This document shows positions 36,201 to 48,202 of a DNA stretch of 64,000 nt, in pieces. Source of the stretch: Malacoraja senta (lineage: Eukaryota); the NCBI GenBank assembly GCA_038087875.1, contig CM075978.1, positions 174,778,001-174,842,000 of the forward strand, written 5' to 3'. How positions within the stretch are numbered: position 1 is the stretch's first letter; each line of letters opens with the position of its first letter. The notes below the pieces were generated by a model. That model was not told the origin of the DNA, did no database searches, and worked only from the letters and a program-made list of their open reading frames with translations. The position numbers and the translations under genes are program-made.

Positions 36201-37070
36201 ATAGATAAAGCTTATACACAATGGGATAGACTAGGAATTAAAACGCTTGGTGACTTGTATGAAACTGGAAAATTACTTTCATTTCAACAATTACAAATAA
36301 AATATAAACTCGGAAATAATCAATATTTTAAATACTTTCAAATATGCGACTATTTGAAAAAATATACAAAAGATCATCATAATAACCCAGCAGATGTACT
36401 GGACGAGGCAATGCAGATAAAAGCGGAATCAGCAAACTTAATATCATATTTGTACAATATTATCTTAAATGCACAAATACCATCTACGGAGGGTATCAGA
36501 AGAGACTGGGAACAAGAGTTAGCTATTAAAATTTCAAAGGAAAGTTGGAATGAATACTTATTAAAAGTGCATAAATGCTCGATTAATGTAAGACACACTT
36601 TAATACAATTTAAAATTTTACATAGATTATATTATTCGAAAACTAAAATTCATAAAATTTTCCCAAACGTATCATCTATTTGTGATAAATGTCAATCCCA
36701 AGAAGCAACTATAGCGCACTCATTTGTCTTCTGTACAAAAATTCAAAAATTTTGGAATGAAATTTTTGAAATCTTTACAAAGTTATTTAAAACAAGACTG
36801 ATACCCAAAGCAGAATGGATTATCTTCGGAATAACGGAAGATGATCCAGAACTAAATGTGTTTCAAAAGAAATTAATGGATTATGGGTTAATAACTGGAA
36901 AAAAGCTAATTCTAAAATTTTGGAAGAAGGCTCCAATACCAACTATAAATATGTGGATTTCAAATATGTTTGAAACATTACACCTTGAAGAGATAAGACT
37001 CCTCCTAGCAGGTAAACCAGATCACTTCCACCTGACGTGGTCTGCATTTATAGAATTATTACAAACATAG
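33288..37070 (+). CDS. L1 ORF2p (APE endonuclease, reverse transcriptase, CCHC), open, 1260 aa
   Basis: SWNIRG, LQETH, GDFN, SRIDYF, SDHSP (EN); PGPDG, SLDAEKAFD, QGCSLSP, LYADD (RT); CDKC...H...C (zinc knuckle). Confidence 0.97.
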   Translation: MHDTTQKNLGGISFCSWNIRGINEPIKRGKILAQLKMYNSDIIFLQETHLKPQDQVRLRVKWIGQTYHSSFTSKSRGTSIIIRKGIPFKAKNIITDIEGRYLIVNGEIHDTPLTLVNIYAPNFDNRHFFNKIFNIIAESNYQNVIIGGDFNCVLDPYLDKSSQKQRGNMKSKTGELLNTYINNTNIADVWRIVNPTGREYSFYSMVHKTYSRIDYFLLDTKLIPQTSNAIYHTNSISDHSPLTFFLKLEGLSKNNSFWRFNSQILKDPQPSIYLKEQMEVFFQTNDTSDISPTLLWESFKAYIRGIIISYQAFQNKKNKNEQRQLEELIRQMDIDNAKDPSIDKHNKIIILKFKLNKLLSAKLIRLFQITKQEHFEFGDKPHKLLARQLKKREKEHTIPKIKSDKGELLTTPKDINKRFAQFYENLYTSKTIIDSNNITKFLDTCNLPKLELKEQEELGAQISIKELEDTINSLKNGKTPGPDGFTNEFYKSFYDKIIPRLQKMYQYAFKKRILPDTLAESTITLIPKKNKDLEEPGSYRAIALLNTYQKILAKTLARRLSKYISKLINPDQTGFIPKRYSSNNMRRLLNIMHSHKSEDQELSIISLDAEKAFDQVEWNYMDKVLQKFQLGENFILWIKLLYNKPTARILTNNILSSKFQLSRGNRQGCSLSPQLFALIIEPLAEKIRIHPDIHGYNTKDSYNKISLYADDILLYITKPQITIPNILNLIEDFGSFSGYRINWNKSEIMSIKPKDSTHLLKFPFKIATEKFKYLGIEITRTYQGMFRANFDPLLNTLIKFWKTLPMSLIGRINAIKMIFLPQILYLFQSIPIYLPKKFFKKLDSDITNFIWDYKSHRIQKTHLNKSKVLGGLALPNFMYYYWSVNIKNMIQLMDNSAQQVDWIVMEKEDCSSRNIGAILLSPMKLNNINYNKNPIIHSTIRIWKQIKQNLKLRNLSLLLPIVNNPSFSPSIIDKAYTQWDRLGIKTLGDLYETGKLLSFQQLQIKYKLGNNQYFKYFQICDYLKKYTKDHHNNPADVLDEAMQIKAESANLISYLYNIILNAQIPSTEGIRRDWEQELAIKISKESWNEYLLKVHKCSINVRHTLIQFKILHRLYYSKTKIHKIFPNVSSICDKCQSQEATIAHSFVFCTKIQKFWNEIFEIFTKLFKTRLIPKAEWIIFGITEDDPELNVFQKKLMDYGLITGKKLILKFWKKAPIPTINMWISNMFETLHLEEIRLLLAGKPDHFHLTWSAFIELLQT

Positions 37071-37991
37071 GGTGCAAAAGTACTTAAAAAAAATAAAAAA
37101 TTGAGGTCGGGTAAGGGGGGATGATAGTTGAAGAGTTGGTATGTCCTATTTACGTGATGCTCAAAAAAACAACAACATTTGTTTCTCTTTTTTTCTCTTT
37201 CTCTTTTCTTTTCTTAGGGCCTATTTCTTAACTCTTTTTCTTTTTGTTTTTAATTTCGCTCTTATAGGGTCTTCGTCCTTTTTTGTTGTTACATTTTCTA
37301 CACTTTTCTACACTTGCACTTTTTCCTTCACTTTCTTCTCTCTTTCAATCTTTTCTTTCTCTAGTGTAAAAAAATAAATAAAGGGAGTACATTAATTGTA
37401 AGAAGATATAAATGACGAGTATTAATGTATGTGGTTGTAATGTAATGTACTTCTAATAAATAAAAATAAAAAAATAAAATAAAAAAAAAAAAGATAATAT
37501 TATACGAATATGATATTAAGTTTGCTGATTCAGCTTTTATCTGCATTGCATCATCCAATACATCTGCTGGGCTATTATAAATGATCTTTTGTATATTTTT
37601 TCAAATAGTCGCATATTTGAAAATATTTAAAATATTGATTATTTCCGAGTGTATATTTTATTTGTAATTGTTGAAATGAAAGTAATTTTCCAGTTTCATA
37701 CAGGTCACCGAACGTTTTAATTCCTAGTCTATCCCAGTGTGTGAAAGATTTATCTATAATAGAGGATTAAACGAAGGATAATTAACTATGGGAGATAAAA
37801 GTGATAAATTTCTTAATTTTAAATTTTGTTTTATTTGTTTCCAAATTCTGATTGTGCTATGTATAATTGGGTTCTTATTATAATTTATGTTATTCAGTTT
37901 CATTGGTGAGAGGAGGATCGCTCCAATGTTTCCAGCAATCCTCTCTCTCCATTACAATCCAGTCCACTTGCTGGGCAGAGTTATCCATCAG

Positions 37992-39805
37992 TTAAATCAT
38001 ATTTTTAATATTTACTGACCAATAATAATACATGAAATTAGGTAGTGCTAAACCCCCTAATACTTTAGGTTTGTTCAAGTGAGTTTTTTGTATTCTATGT
38101 GATTTATAGTCCCATATAAAATTAGTGATATCTGAGTCCAATTTAAAAAAAAACTTCTTTGGTAGGTTTATAGGAATCGATTGAGATAGGTATAAAATTT
38201 GTGGTAGAAAGATCATTTTTAGTGCATTTATTCGGCCTATTAAAGACATCGGGAGCGTTTTCCAAAATTTAATTAGTGTGTTTAATTTATTAAGTAGAGG
38301 ATCAAAATTTGCTTTAAACATACCTTGATATGTTCTAGTAATTTCGATTCCCAAGTATTTAAATGTTTCTGTAGCTATTTTAAAGGGGAATTTTAAAAGA
38401 TGTGTTGAGTCTTTCGGTTTTATTGACATAATTTCACTTTTATTCGAATTTATTCTGTATCCAGAAAAAGATCCAAAGTCTTCAATTAAATTTAATATAT
38501 TTGGTATTGTGATTTGAGGTTTTGTAATGTATAGTAATATATCATCCGCGTATAAAGATATTTTATTATTTGAATCTTTAGTACTATACCCATGGATATC
38601 AGGATGTATTCTAATTTTTTCTGCTAACGGTTCAATAATAAGAGCAAACAACTGTGGTGATAATGAGCATCCTTGTCTATTTCCCCTTGATAGTTGAAAT
38701 TTCGAGGATAATATGTTATTAGTTAATATTCTAGCTGTAGGTTTATTATATAATAATTTAATCCATAGAATAAAATTCTCTCCCAGTTGGAATTTTTGTA
38801 ATACTTTATCCATATAATAAATATCTTGGTCAAATGCTTTTTCAGCATCCAGCGAAATAATTGATAATTCTTGTTCTTCAGATTTATGTGAGTGCATTAT
38901 GTTGAGTAAACGTCTCATATTGTTAGATGAATATCTCTTAGGGATAAACCCCGTCTGATCTGGGTTTATTAGTTTACTAATATATTTACTTAATCTTCTA
39001 GCTAATGTTTTCGCTAATATTTTTTGATCTGTGTTTAACAATGCTATAGCTCTATATGAACCCGGTTCTTCTATATCTTTGTCTTTCTTAAGTATTAGTG
39101 TAATCGTTGATTCCGCTAATGTATCAGGTAGTATTTGTTTTTTAAAAGCATATTGGTACATTTTTTGTAATCTTGGTATAATTTCGTCATAGAAGCTTTT
39201 ATAAAATTCATTAGTAAATCCATCAGGACCTGGTGTTTTTCCTTTCCTTAGTGAGTTTATTGTATCTTCTAATTCCTTAATTGAGATTTGTGCACCCAAT
39301 TCCTCTTGTTCCTTCAACTCTAACTTTGGAAGATTACAATTATCCAAAAACTCTGTAATTTTATTGGAGTCAGTTGTCGTTTTAGAAGTATACAAATTCT
39401 CATAAAATTGCGCAAATCTTTTATTAATATCCTTCGGTATGGTTAATAATTCCCCTCTATCTGATTTAATCTTTGGGATCGTATGTTCTTTTTCTCGTTT
39501 TTTTAGCTGGCGAGCCAAAAGTTTATGCGGTTTATCCCCAAATTCAAAGTGCTCTTGTTTTGTAATTTGAAAAAGTCTTATAAGTTTGGCTGATAATAGT
39601 TAATTTAATTTAAATTTCTCCATTTCGCCCTCAACCTAGCTTGATCATGAGATTTTAGATGAGTTTCTTGTAAGAAGGTAATGTCAGAGTTGTACAGTTT
39701 CAGCTGAGCTAGTATCTTACCCCTTTTAATAGGTTCGTTAATACCTCTTATATTCCAACTACAGAATGAGACTCCTCCTAGGTTCTTTTGCTTAGCATCT
39801 TGCAT
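37992..39805 (-). pseudogene. ORF2 of the older family A L1, with an ~870-bp endonuclease deletion (junction ~39618) and a premature stop at 37992
   Basis: Direct comparison with the young copy: RAKW is joined directly to the KFKLN region, and CAA has become TAA. Confidence 0.88.
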
Positions 39806-42393
39806 TTTGAATAATTATAGTACCTTTAAATCTTGTGGTGCATCCAAATCCCAGGTCTTTGGGTATTGGGGGAACTTTTGAATTTCTAAGTTTTGTTGGT
39901 ATATCCCTTTTACGCTTATCACTAAACACAAAACACAAACATGTGAGTTTATGTGATAATTTAAAAAAAATTAAAAAAGTGAAAATACAGTGTCTAATAT
40001 AGTCGGCACTGTAACAAGTGGCCCTCCTGTAGGTGGGAGAAAACCTTGTTTCGGCTTCCATTGTGATGTTAAACAAATAGCTCCGCTCTCTTGGTTAATC
40101 ATAACATATTAAAATATTTAAACGGGGCCTCACATTCAGATATATAATACAGTTATACCCTATAAATTTCATTATAACATATCATGTATATATCGCAATT
40201 TTAGCTACTAATTATTAAACAGATAATTTTGACTTCAATAATGGTCAACTGTTGGTTGAAGGGGTTAACGAGACGTGCCCCTGGACCTAAGCCAGGTGCT
40301 CGTTTCTCATCCCCTCCTCCCAGTTATAGATAAGGTTTGAATTTAGTAAAAATTCGTATTAGTATTGTTAGTTCATTATTTTTTATTTTTTTATTTTTGT
40401 TAGCGTCCGTAGCTATTCTAATCTAACATAGATAACATATTAAGTTGTTAATAGGATAAGTTCTTACAATTGGATTTAATATTGTAGTCTATTAAACAGA
40501 TAATGCTTCTGGTATATACTATTCACTTCTGTTCAGCTGTTTATTCGTTTTGAACAGAAAGTGTCCTTGATTCAAAATTCCATAGATAACAGTCTAGCCA
40601 TCCCAAAACAAAACATTGCTTGGAATGGTTCAAATCTGCCAAACCTCCATTAACCATGGAAGTGTTTTAAAATCAATTCGTACTATTGATTTCTATTTTT
40701 CAACGATACTCTGGGCATATTTGAACGCATCCTCAGGTTTTACAAATGACTTTTCAGAACCCCTGAAAGAAATACGCATTTTAGCTGGATATAAAACCCC
40801 GTATCTGACCCCTTGTTTCCATCTTAAAAGCTCTTTAACCTTCCCGAATTGATTTCTCTTTTGCACAATTTCATACGGATAGTCCCTGAATATCTTGATA
40901 ATGTCATTGTCCACCCGCAGCTGCACTCCATATTTGATTTTGCTCATAACATCTTCCAGTTCTAAAATATCCCGAAATTTCACAATAATATGTCGTGGAT
41001 GAGTTTTTCCAGCATCAGATCTCTGTTTAAATCTTGGAACACGATGAGCCACTTCAATTTTCAGTTCTTTTGTGAAAGATTAAGCAGTTGTTTAAGTAAG
41101 CCCATGGCAAACTCACGAACGTCCTTCCCCTCGACTCCCTCTGAGACTCCAAGAATTCTCAAATTCTGGCGCCTAGAGCAAGCTTCCAGGTCCAGACGTT
41201 TGTCTGAGACTTTCCCCAGTTGAATCACCATCTGTAGTGAAGTTTGTTAATTTTCTTGTTTCATTTGCTCACGTTCTTGCCTCATTTTCGCCATGTCTTC
41301 AACCACTCGAGCCATATTTTTCTCCAATTCCGTAATTGTGCGCATACTTGCAGCTACTGTTTCAAGCACAGCCGTGAACCTGTCCGTAGTAATTTCATCC
41401 ATCTTGTCCATTCTTCCCGATAGTCCATCTTTCACATCATCAATTCGTTTATTTATAGTGTCCAGTGAATCAATCACCTTCTGATTACCAGCATCAATAG
41501 CCTTCTGATTACCAGCATTTGAATCCACATCATCTTTTCAATTTTTTCCATCATATTTCCCATCAGAGTTTTATTTTCATCCAAAATTTCATCTTTCATA
41601 TCTTTCACTGATTTCTTCAAATCATCAAACTCTTTGTCCTTACCAGACTCTGTCTTAGATCTTGTATCCATTTCTGCAGCCACTTCAGAAACTTCAGAGG
41701 TAACTTGTCCTTCAGGCTTCTTCGGATTATTCAGCAGCTTTTTCACTGATCTCTGAGGGATCTTAACCATATAACCATAAAACCATATAACCATAACAGC
41801 ACGGAAACAGGCCATCTCGGCCCTTCAAGTCCGTGCTGAACTTTAAATTTTTTTTTTTTTTTTAATTAAAAATAAATACTTCCTCCTAGTCCCATCTACC
41901 TGCACTCAGACCATAACCCTCCATTCCTTTCCCGTCCATATATCCCTTTAATCTATTTTTAAAGGATAACATCGAACCTGCCTCCACCACTTCCACTGGA
42001 AGCTCATTCCACACAGCTACCAGTCTCTTTTTTTTTTGAAAATATTTTTTATTGGAGATAAGTACACAACCTATTAACATCATTACAGTCTTACATTTTT
42101 AAAATGATAATATTATCAATTATTATTACATTGTCTCCAATACTTTTTACCTTTTTTTAAATTATTTTAAACTAGATAGAACTAAAAAGATAGACGAAGT
42201 AAAGAAAGAAAAGAAAGAGAAGAAGAAAAGAGAGAAAAAAAAAAAAAACACACAAAAAAAAAAAAAACACAAAAAAACAAAAGAGAAAGATAGTTAAAGA
42301 AGAGTGGAAAAATTTATTAAAATAAAAAACTTCATTCGAGATATATTCGTACATTTCAGAATATAGCATTTCATCCATTTTTTAGCCCGAGCA

Positions 42394-45300
42394 TTAGTCA
42401 GGTTCCCGTGCTGAACCATTCTGACCCTTTAAATAATCAATAAAGGGAGACCATGTTCCAACGAATAATTCCTGTTTATCCAACAGGGAAAATCTGATTC
42501 TTTCCACGTTTAAGGTCTCCGCCATTTCTATAATCCACATTTTGATTGTGGGGGCCGTAGGGCCTTTCCAAAATTTTAGAATTAATTTTTTTCCTGTTAT
42601 TATACTATAATCAATAAAGTTTCTTTGTGTTGTTGTAAATGTTTGATTTAATTCTGATGTTCCAAGTATTATAAATTTTGTATCCGGGTCCACTTGTGTG
42701 CTGGTCACTTTAGATATTATACTAAAAATATTTACCCAGAATTTTTTAATTTTTGTACAGTTTGCAAACATATGAGATAAGGTGGCTTCTAAATGTTGAC
42801 ATTTATCACATATAGGTGAGATATGTTGAAAGATTTTATGTAATTTTGTTTTTGAATAATGTAATCTATGTATTACTTTAAATTGTATTAAAGAATGTCT
42901 GGCATTTAATGAACATTGATGTATATGTTGTAAACTTTCTTCCCAAGTATCTTTCATTATTATTTGATTTAATTCTTTTTCCCATGTTTGTCTGTGTAAG
43001 TCCGTCGATGGAATGTCACTGTCTAATAAGATATTATATATATAAGATATTAATTTTTCTGTATTAGGATGTTTATTCCAACATTCGTCAAGAATTTCTG
43101 AATTTCTAATTCGAAAGTTTTGAGTATTCGATTTTACATAATCTCTGAGTTGAAGATATCTGAAATAATCATTTCCTCGAAGTCCATAAGTCTGTTGCAA
43201 CTCCTGAAATGTCAGAAAGGTGCCTTCCTTATAAAGTTGTCCCATATTTTTAATTCCATAATTCCTCCATTGTGTAAAACCCCTGTCCAACCATGAGGGT
43301 TTAAACAAAGGGTTATCCACAATTGGGAGAAAAAGTGATAAATTATCTAATTTTAATGTCTTTTTTAATTGTTTCCAAATTCGTATGGCACTAAATATTA
43401 TAGGGTTTTCCCTATAAATTTTTTTGTTTAATTTAGATGTAGCAAATAATATCGAACCGATATCAAAAGGCAAACAATCTTCCTTTTCCATTTTTAACCA
43501 ATCTGGTTGTTGTTCTATTTCTTCCAACCAGAAATTCATATTTTTAATATTAACTGCCCAAAAATAAAACAGAACGTTGGGTAAAACCAAACCTCCATTT
43601 ATTTTTGATTTACACAAATGTCTTTTGTTTATCCTATGATTCTTATAATCCCGGATAAAATCATTAACAATAGAGTCCAATTTAAAAAAAAAGTTTTTTG
43701 ACAAATATATCGGAATTGTCTGAAAAAGGTATAATATTTGCGGTAAAAAAATCATTTTTATGGCATTAATTTTGCCAATCATTGAGATAGGAAGTGTTTT
43801 CCAGTATTGAATATTCTTATGTAGTTTATTCAGTAGTGGGGGGAAATTTGCTTTAAATAATGATGTATATATCTTAGTTACATAGATACCTAGGTATTTA
43901 AATTTTTTCGTTTACTATTTTAAATGGAAATTGTTGTATTATGTGTTTGTTATGTTCCCTTATTGGCATAATTTCTCTTTTATTCCAATTTATTCTGTAT
44001 CCTGAGAGTGAACCAAATTGGGTTATTAGCTCTAATAAGTTTGGAATACTAATTTCTGGTTTTGTAATGTAAATTAGTACATCATCTGCGTATAGAGACA
44101 TTTTATTCACTGTGTCCTTTGTGATATACCCATATATTTCCGGATGACCCCTAACTCTTTCTGCAAGTGGCTCAATAGCTAAATCAAATAATAATGGAGA
44201 TAACGGGCATCCTTGTCTACAACCTCTAGATAGGCTGAATTTTGATGACAACCTTTGATTTGTTAATATTCTAGCCGTAGGATTTGTATATAACAGTTTT
44301 ATCCATGTACAGAATTTCTCCCCTAGTTGCATATTTTCCATCACTGAAAATAAATAAGACCATTCAACCTGATCAAATGCTTTTTCAGCATCGAGTGAGA
44401 TTATTGCTAGATCTTCATTAATAATTCTCTTAGAATAAATAATATTGAATAATCTTCTTAGATTATAATATGAGTACCGTTTCTGAATAAAGCCTGTTTG
44501 GTCAGCGTGTATTATTTTATTCATCACTGTACTTAATCTATGCGCTAGTATTTTAGTTAATATTTTCTGATCTGTATTTAAAAGTGCAATTGCTCTATAT
44601 GATCCCGGATCTTCCGGATCTTTATCAGCTTTAGGAATAAGTGTTATTATAGATTCATTTAAAGTATCTGGGAGTTTCTGTTGAGTATAGATATGCTCAT
44701 ACAGCCTTTGTAAACGTGGGCATAGCAAGTCATAACATTTTTTATAAAATTCAGAGCCTAAACCATCTGGTCCTACTGCTTTACCATTTTTTAAAGAGCC
44801 AATAGACTCCTCAATATCCTTTATCGTAATCTCCCTTTCTAATAATTCTCTATCATTTGAATCTAAACCTTTTAGATTACATTTTAGTAAAAAATCTGCT
44901 ATTCCTTCCGTTTGTGTTACAGTTTTAGTTGAATAAAGGTTATGATAGTATTGGAGAAATCTTTCATTTATGTCCTTGGGCATTTTTAATAATTCTCCTG
45001 TCTCTGTTCTAATTTTATGAATTATTTTTTCCTCTTCCATTTTTCGTAACTGACGTGCTAATAGTTTTTGTGGTTTGTCTCCAAATTCAAAATGTAATTG
45101 TTTGGTTTTTTGATAAAGTTTTATTACTTGTTCTGAATACATTTTATTTAATTTATATTTCAATACAGCAATTTTATTATGTTTTGAAATAGATGGCGTT
45201 CTCGCATTGTCTAAATCTAGTTGTTTGATTTCCCTTTCCAATGTTTGTTGCTTAATCCTGTTCTCTTTATTATAAAATACTTGAGCAGAGATTAATGCAC

Positions 45301-46207
45301 CTCGAACAAACGCTTTAAACGTTTCCCACATAAGAGAAGTAGGTGTGTCAGGGTTATCATTTACCTCAAAAAATATTTGAATCTGTTTAATAATGTATTC
45401 CTGGCATGATCTTTCGTTCAAGATTTGTGGGTTAAATCTCCAATATGTTTGTTTCTCGGACATTCCATTTAATTTAATCATAAATGTTACAGGTGCGTGG
45501 TCTGAGATTATAATATTATGGTATTTTGAGTTATAAGTAAAAGGGATAAACGTGGAGTCAACTAAAAAATAATCTATTCTTGAGTATGTTTTGTGTACTG
45601 GAGAGTAAAATGAATATTCCTGTCCAGTTGGATTTTCTATTCTCCAGACATCCTTAATATTAGTGGTATTAATAAATGAATTTAGAAATACACTTGATTG
45701 AGATTTTACTTTTTTTTGCCTTGATGATCTATCTCAGTATGAATCTAATGTACAGTTGAAGTCTCCTCCAATTATTAATTTATATTGTGTAAATTCAGGA
45801 ATTTTATTAAATGTTTTATTAAAGAACATAGGGTTATCAAAGTTAGGCCCATATACATTCAGAAGAATCACTTTTTCTCCATTTAGCTCTCCAACTAATA
45901 TAATATATCTACCATCAATATCCGCTATTGTTGATAAATTCGTAAAAGGTATTCCTTTACGAATTAATATTGAAACTCCTCTGGACTTATGGGAAAAGGA
46001 GGAATGATATGATTCAGCGATCCACTTTGCTTTAAGTCTGTGTTGGGATTCCTTTTTAAGGTGTGTTTCTTGAAGGAATATAATATCTGCTTTGATTAAA
46101 TTTAGATGTGCCAAGACTTTACCTCTCTTAATTGGTTCATTGATTCCCTTGACAATCCAACTACAAAATGTTATTCCCTGACCCCCTCTTGTCATATTAA
46201 CATCTTG
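42394..46207 (-). pseudogene. L1-B ORF2 broken into three ORF pieces (45734-46255, 43898-45481, 42394-43782)
   Basis: EN, RT (LYADD) and CDKC..H..C motifs are present but in separate ORFs. Confidence 0.88.
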
Positions 46208-46646
46208 CATATTATTTCTAAGGTGGTCTATAACCGAGCAGAAGGTGCAACACATAAAACCTGACCTTGCTCCTGAACCTCAAATAGATGAATTTAAAAT
46301 CATATACATTGTTCTTCCGAACACATCTCCTTGTATTGTTCTTGTTTTTCCATTCAAAAATTAAGTTATAAAAATATTTAAAGTGAAAAAAGTGATAGAA
46401 TTGGTTAGTATAGGGTGAAAGAAAAAAAACTACATCTACAATTAGTGTAGTTAGTGATAGCCACACTAACGTGGCTGGAATTCTAAAGACTTCCGTAGCC
46501 TTTGTAAAAAAAAAAATTCCCAGCTCCGTGCCGAAAAAAAAAGAAGAAAAAAAAGGATTATTTCTAATAATCAAATAATTTCTTTGGGAGTAACAAACAT
46601 ATATACATACCCACATATACGCACACATATACATACATACATACAC

Positions 46647-46679
<33 letters not shown>

Positions 46680-47146
46680 CCCACATGTATACATACACAA
46701 GCACGCATCCCTGCAGAAAAGTCCAAGAACAGCATAAATTCATAATGTTGTTATACTCTACATATCATATTAATATCCTCGCTAAATCTATAAATTTAAT
46801 TTTAAATTGAGAAATAATTAGTTATTAATCATTGTTATCAATCATACCCAGTATTAAATTTTTATGAGTAATATAAATGTTAATAATTTTAGTAGTAATA
46901 TAGATATTTAATAAGTATTAGTTATTACATATATAGTTAGATATGAATATACAGATAATAATAGTGATTAATAAAAATATTAAAAAAATTAATTTAAAAA
47001 AAACAAAAAAAACACCACGGTTTTCTCTAATGTCCACCGTCCATTCGGTTTTCAAGTGTCCTTAAAGCTCTTAAAAGAACTTTAAAGATCCTTTTAGATC
47101 TGGCGGTCCTGTTAATCCTTGACTCATGAAGGATAATGTAAATTCT

Positions 47147-48202
47147 TCAGTCTGCGGTCACGTTCCCAATTTCTTTGGCGAATTCCAGTGCTTTTTCATG
47201 GTCTGTAAAAAATTGTTCCTTGTTCTTGTAGGTGACTCTTAGTCTTGCGGGGTAGAGCAGGCCGTATCTCAAATCAGGTACATTCTTCAGTATTCTTTTT
47301 GTCTCAGTGAACAGCGCCCTTTTCTTGAAGACCTCTGCCGGATAATCTCGGTAGATACTGAACCTCCCACCTTCAAAATGGAGCTGTCCGCCTCGGACAA
47401 TTTTCTTCATTATTTCGTCAAATTCATGATCCAGTTGCACCTTTATGATAATTTGTCTTGGATGGGCATCATCTTGTGTACGACGCCGCTGCGCTCTATG
47501 AGCTCGCCCGAGTAAAGGTTTTTGATCCAAATTTAAGACTTTTTGTAGTAGGTCTGCCACAAAATCTCGAGGGCCCATTTCCCTCTCACTTCCTTCTTTC
47601 ACCCCTACAATTCTTAGATTCTTACGTCTTTGACGCCCCTCCAAATCGGTACATTTATCACTTAATTTGAACACCATATCGGTGAGGCGATGGTTTTCAG
47701 TAATGAGTCGACCTACAGTTTCCCCACTTGTCGCCGCCCATTTCTCAAGTTCGGTTATTGCTGTTCTATGTTGTTCGAGTTCTTGATGAATGGGGGCCAC
47801 CTCCATTTTAACGCTCGCTTCCACCGAAACGAGCCTTGCTTCCAGCTCTTCCATCTGTTCCTCGACCTCCTCCCTCGACCTCTTCCAGACTTCCAGTATT
47901 TCTTGAACGGTAGAAAGCATTTCTGCTTTAAAATCTACCTTAAAAGAGTTAAGTTCCTCTTTAAAATCCTCTTTAAAATTCACTCCAAAGGTTTTCAATT
48001 CTGCAGCGAGAAAAACTTTAAGATCATCCATTTCAGTCTTTTTCTGCTTTGTTTTCTTCGGAGGGTCTTCCTGGGCAGTCGTTGTACCTGAGGCCGAGGC
48101 CTCAGTTGGGCCTTCCTCTTCCATCGGTTGGGGTTTCCCTTTAACGGTTTTTTTTTGTGTCCCACGGGAGGTGGGGGAACGTTGTGTCGACATACCGTCC
48201 AA
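47147..48202 (-). CDS. L1-B ORF1p, open, 351 aa
   Basis: LEGRQRRKNLRIVGVKEG, RAHR, PRQIIIK, IYRDYP, LLYPARLRV. Confidence 0.9.
   Translation of the reverse strand: MDGMSTQRSPTSRGTQKKTVKGKPQPMEEEGPTEASASGTTTAQEDPPKKTKQKKTEMDDLKVFLAAELKTFGVNFKEDFKEELNSFKVDFKAEMLSTVQEILEVWKRSREEVEEQMEELEARLVSVEASVKMEVAPIHQELEQHRTAITELEKWAATSGETVGRLITENHRLTDMVFKLSDKCTDLEGRQRRKNLRIVGVKEGSEREMGPRDFVADLLQKVLNLDQKPLLGRAHRAQRRRTQDDAHPRQIIIKVQLDHEFDEIMKKIVRGGQLHFEGGRFSIYRDYPAEVFKKRALFTETKRILKNVPDLRYGLLYPARLRVTYKNKEQFFTDHEKALEFAKEIGNVTAD

Larger units (their letters stand above)
31220..37490 (+). mobile_element. Young full-length L1 (family A) inserted antisense into the older copy
   Basis: 15-17-bp TSD aagataatattatac(ga) at 31203-31219 and 37491-37507, TT/AAGA target, 5' UTR, two open ORFs, A-rich tail. 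Confidence 0.96.
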
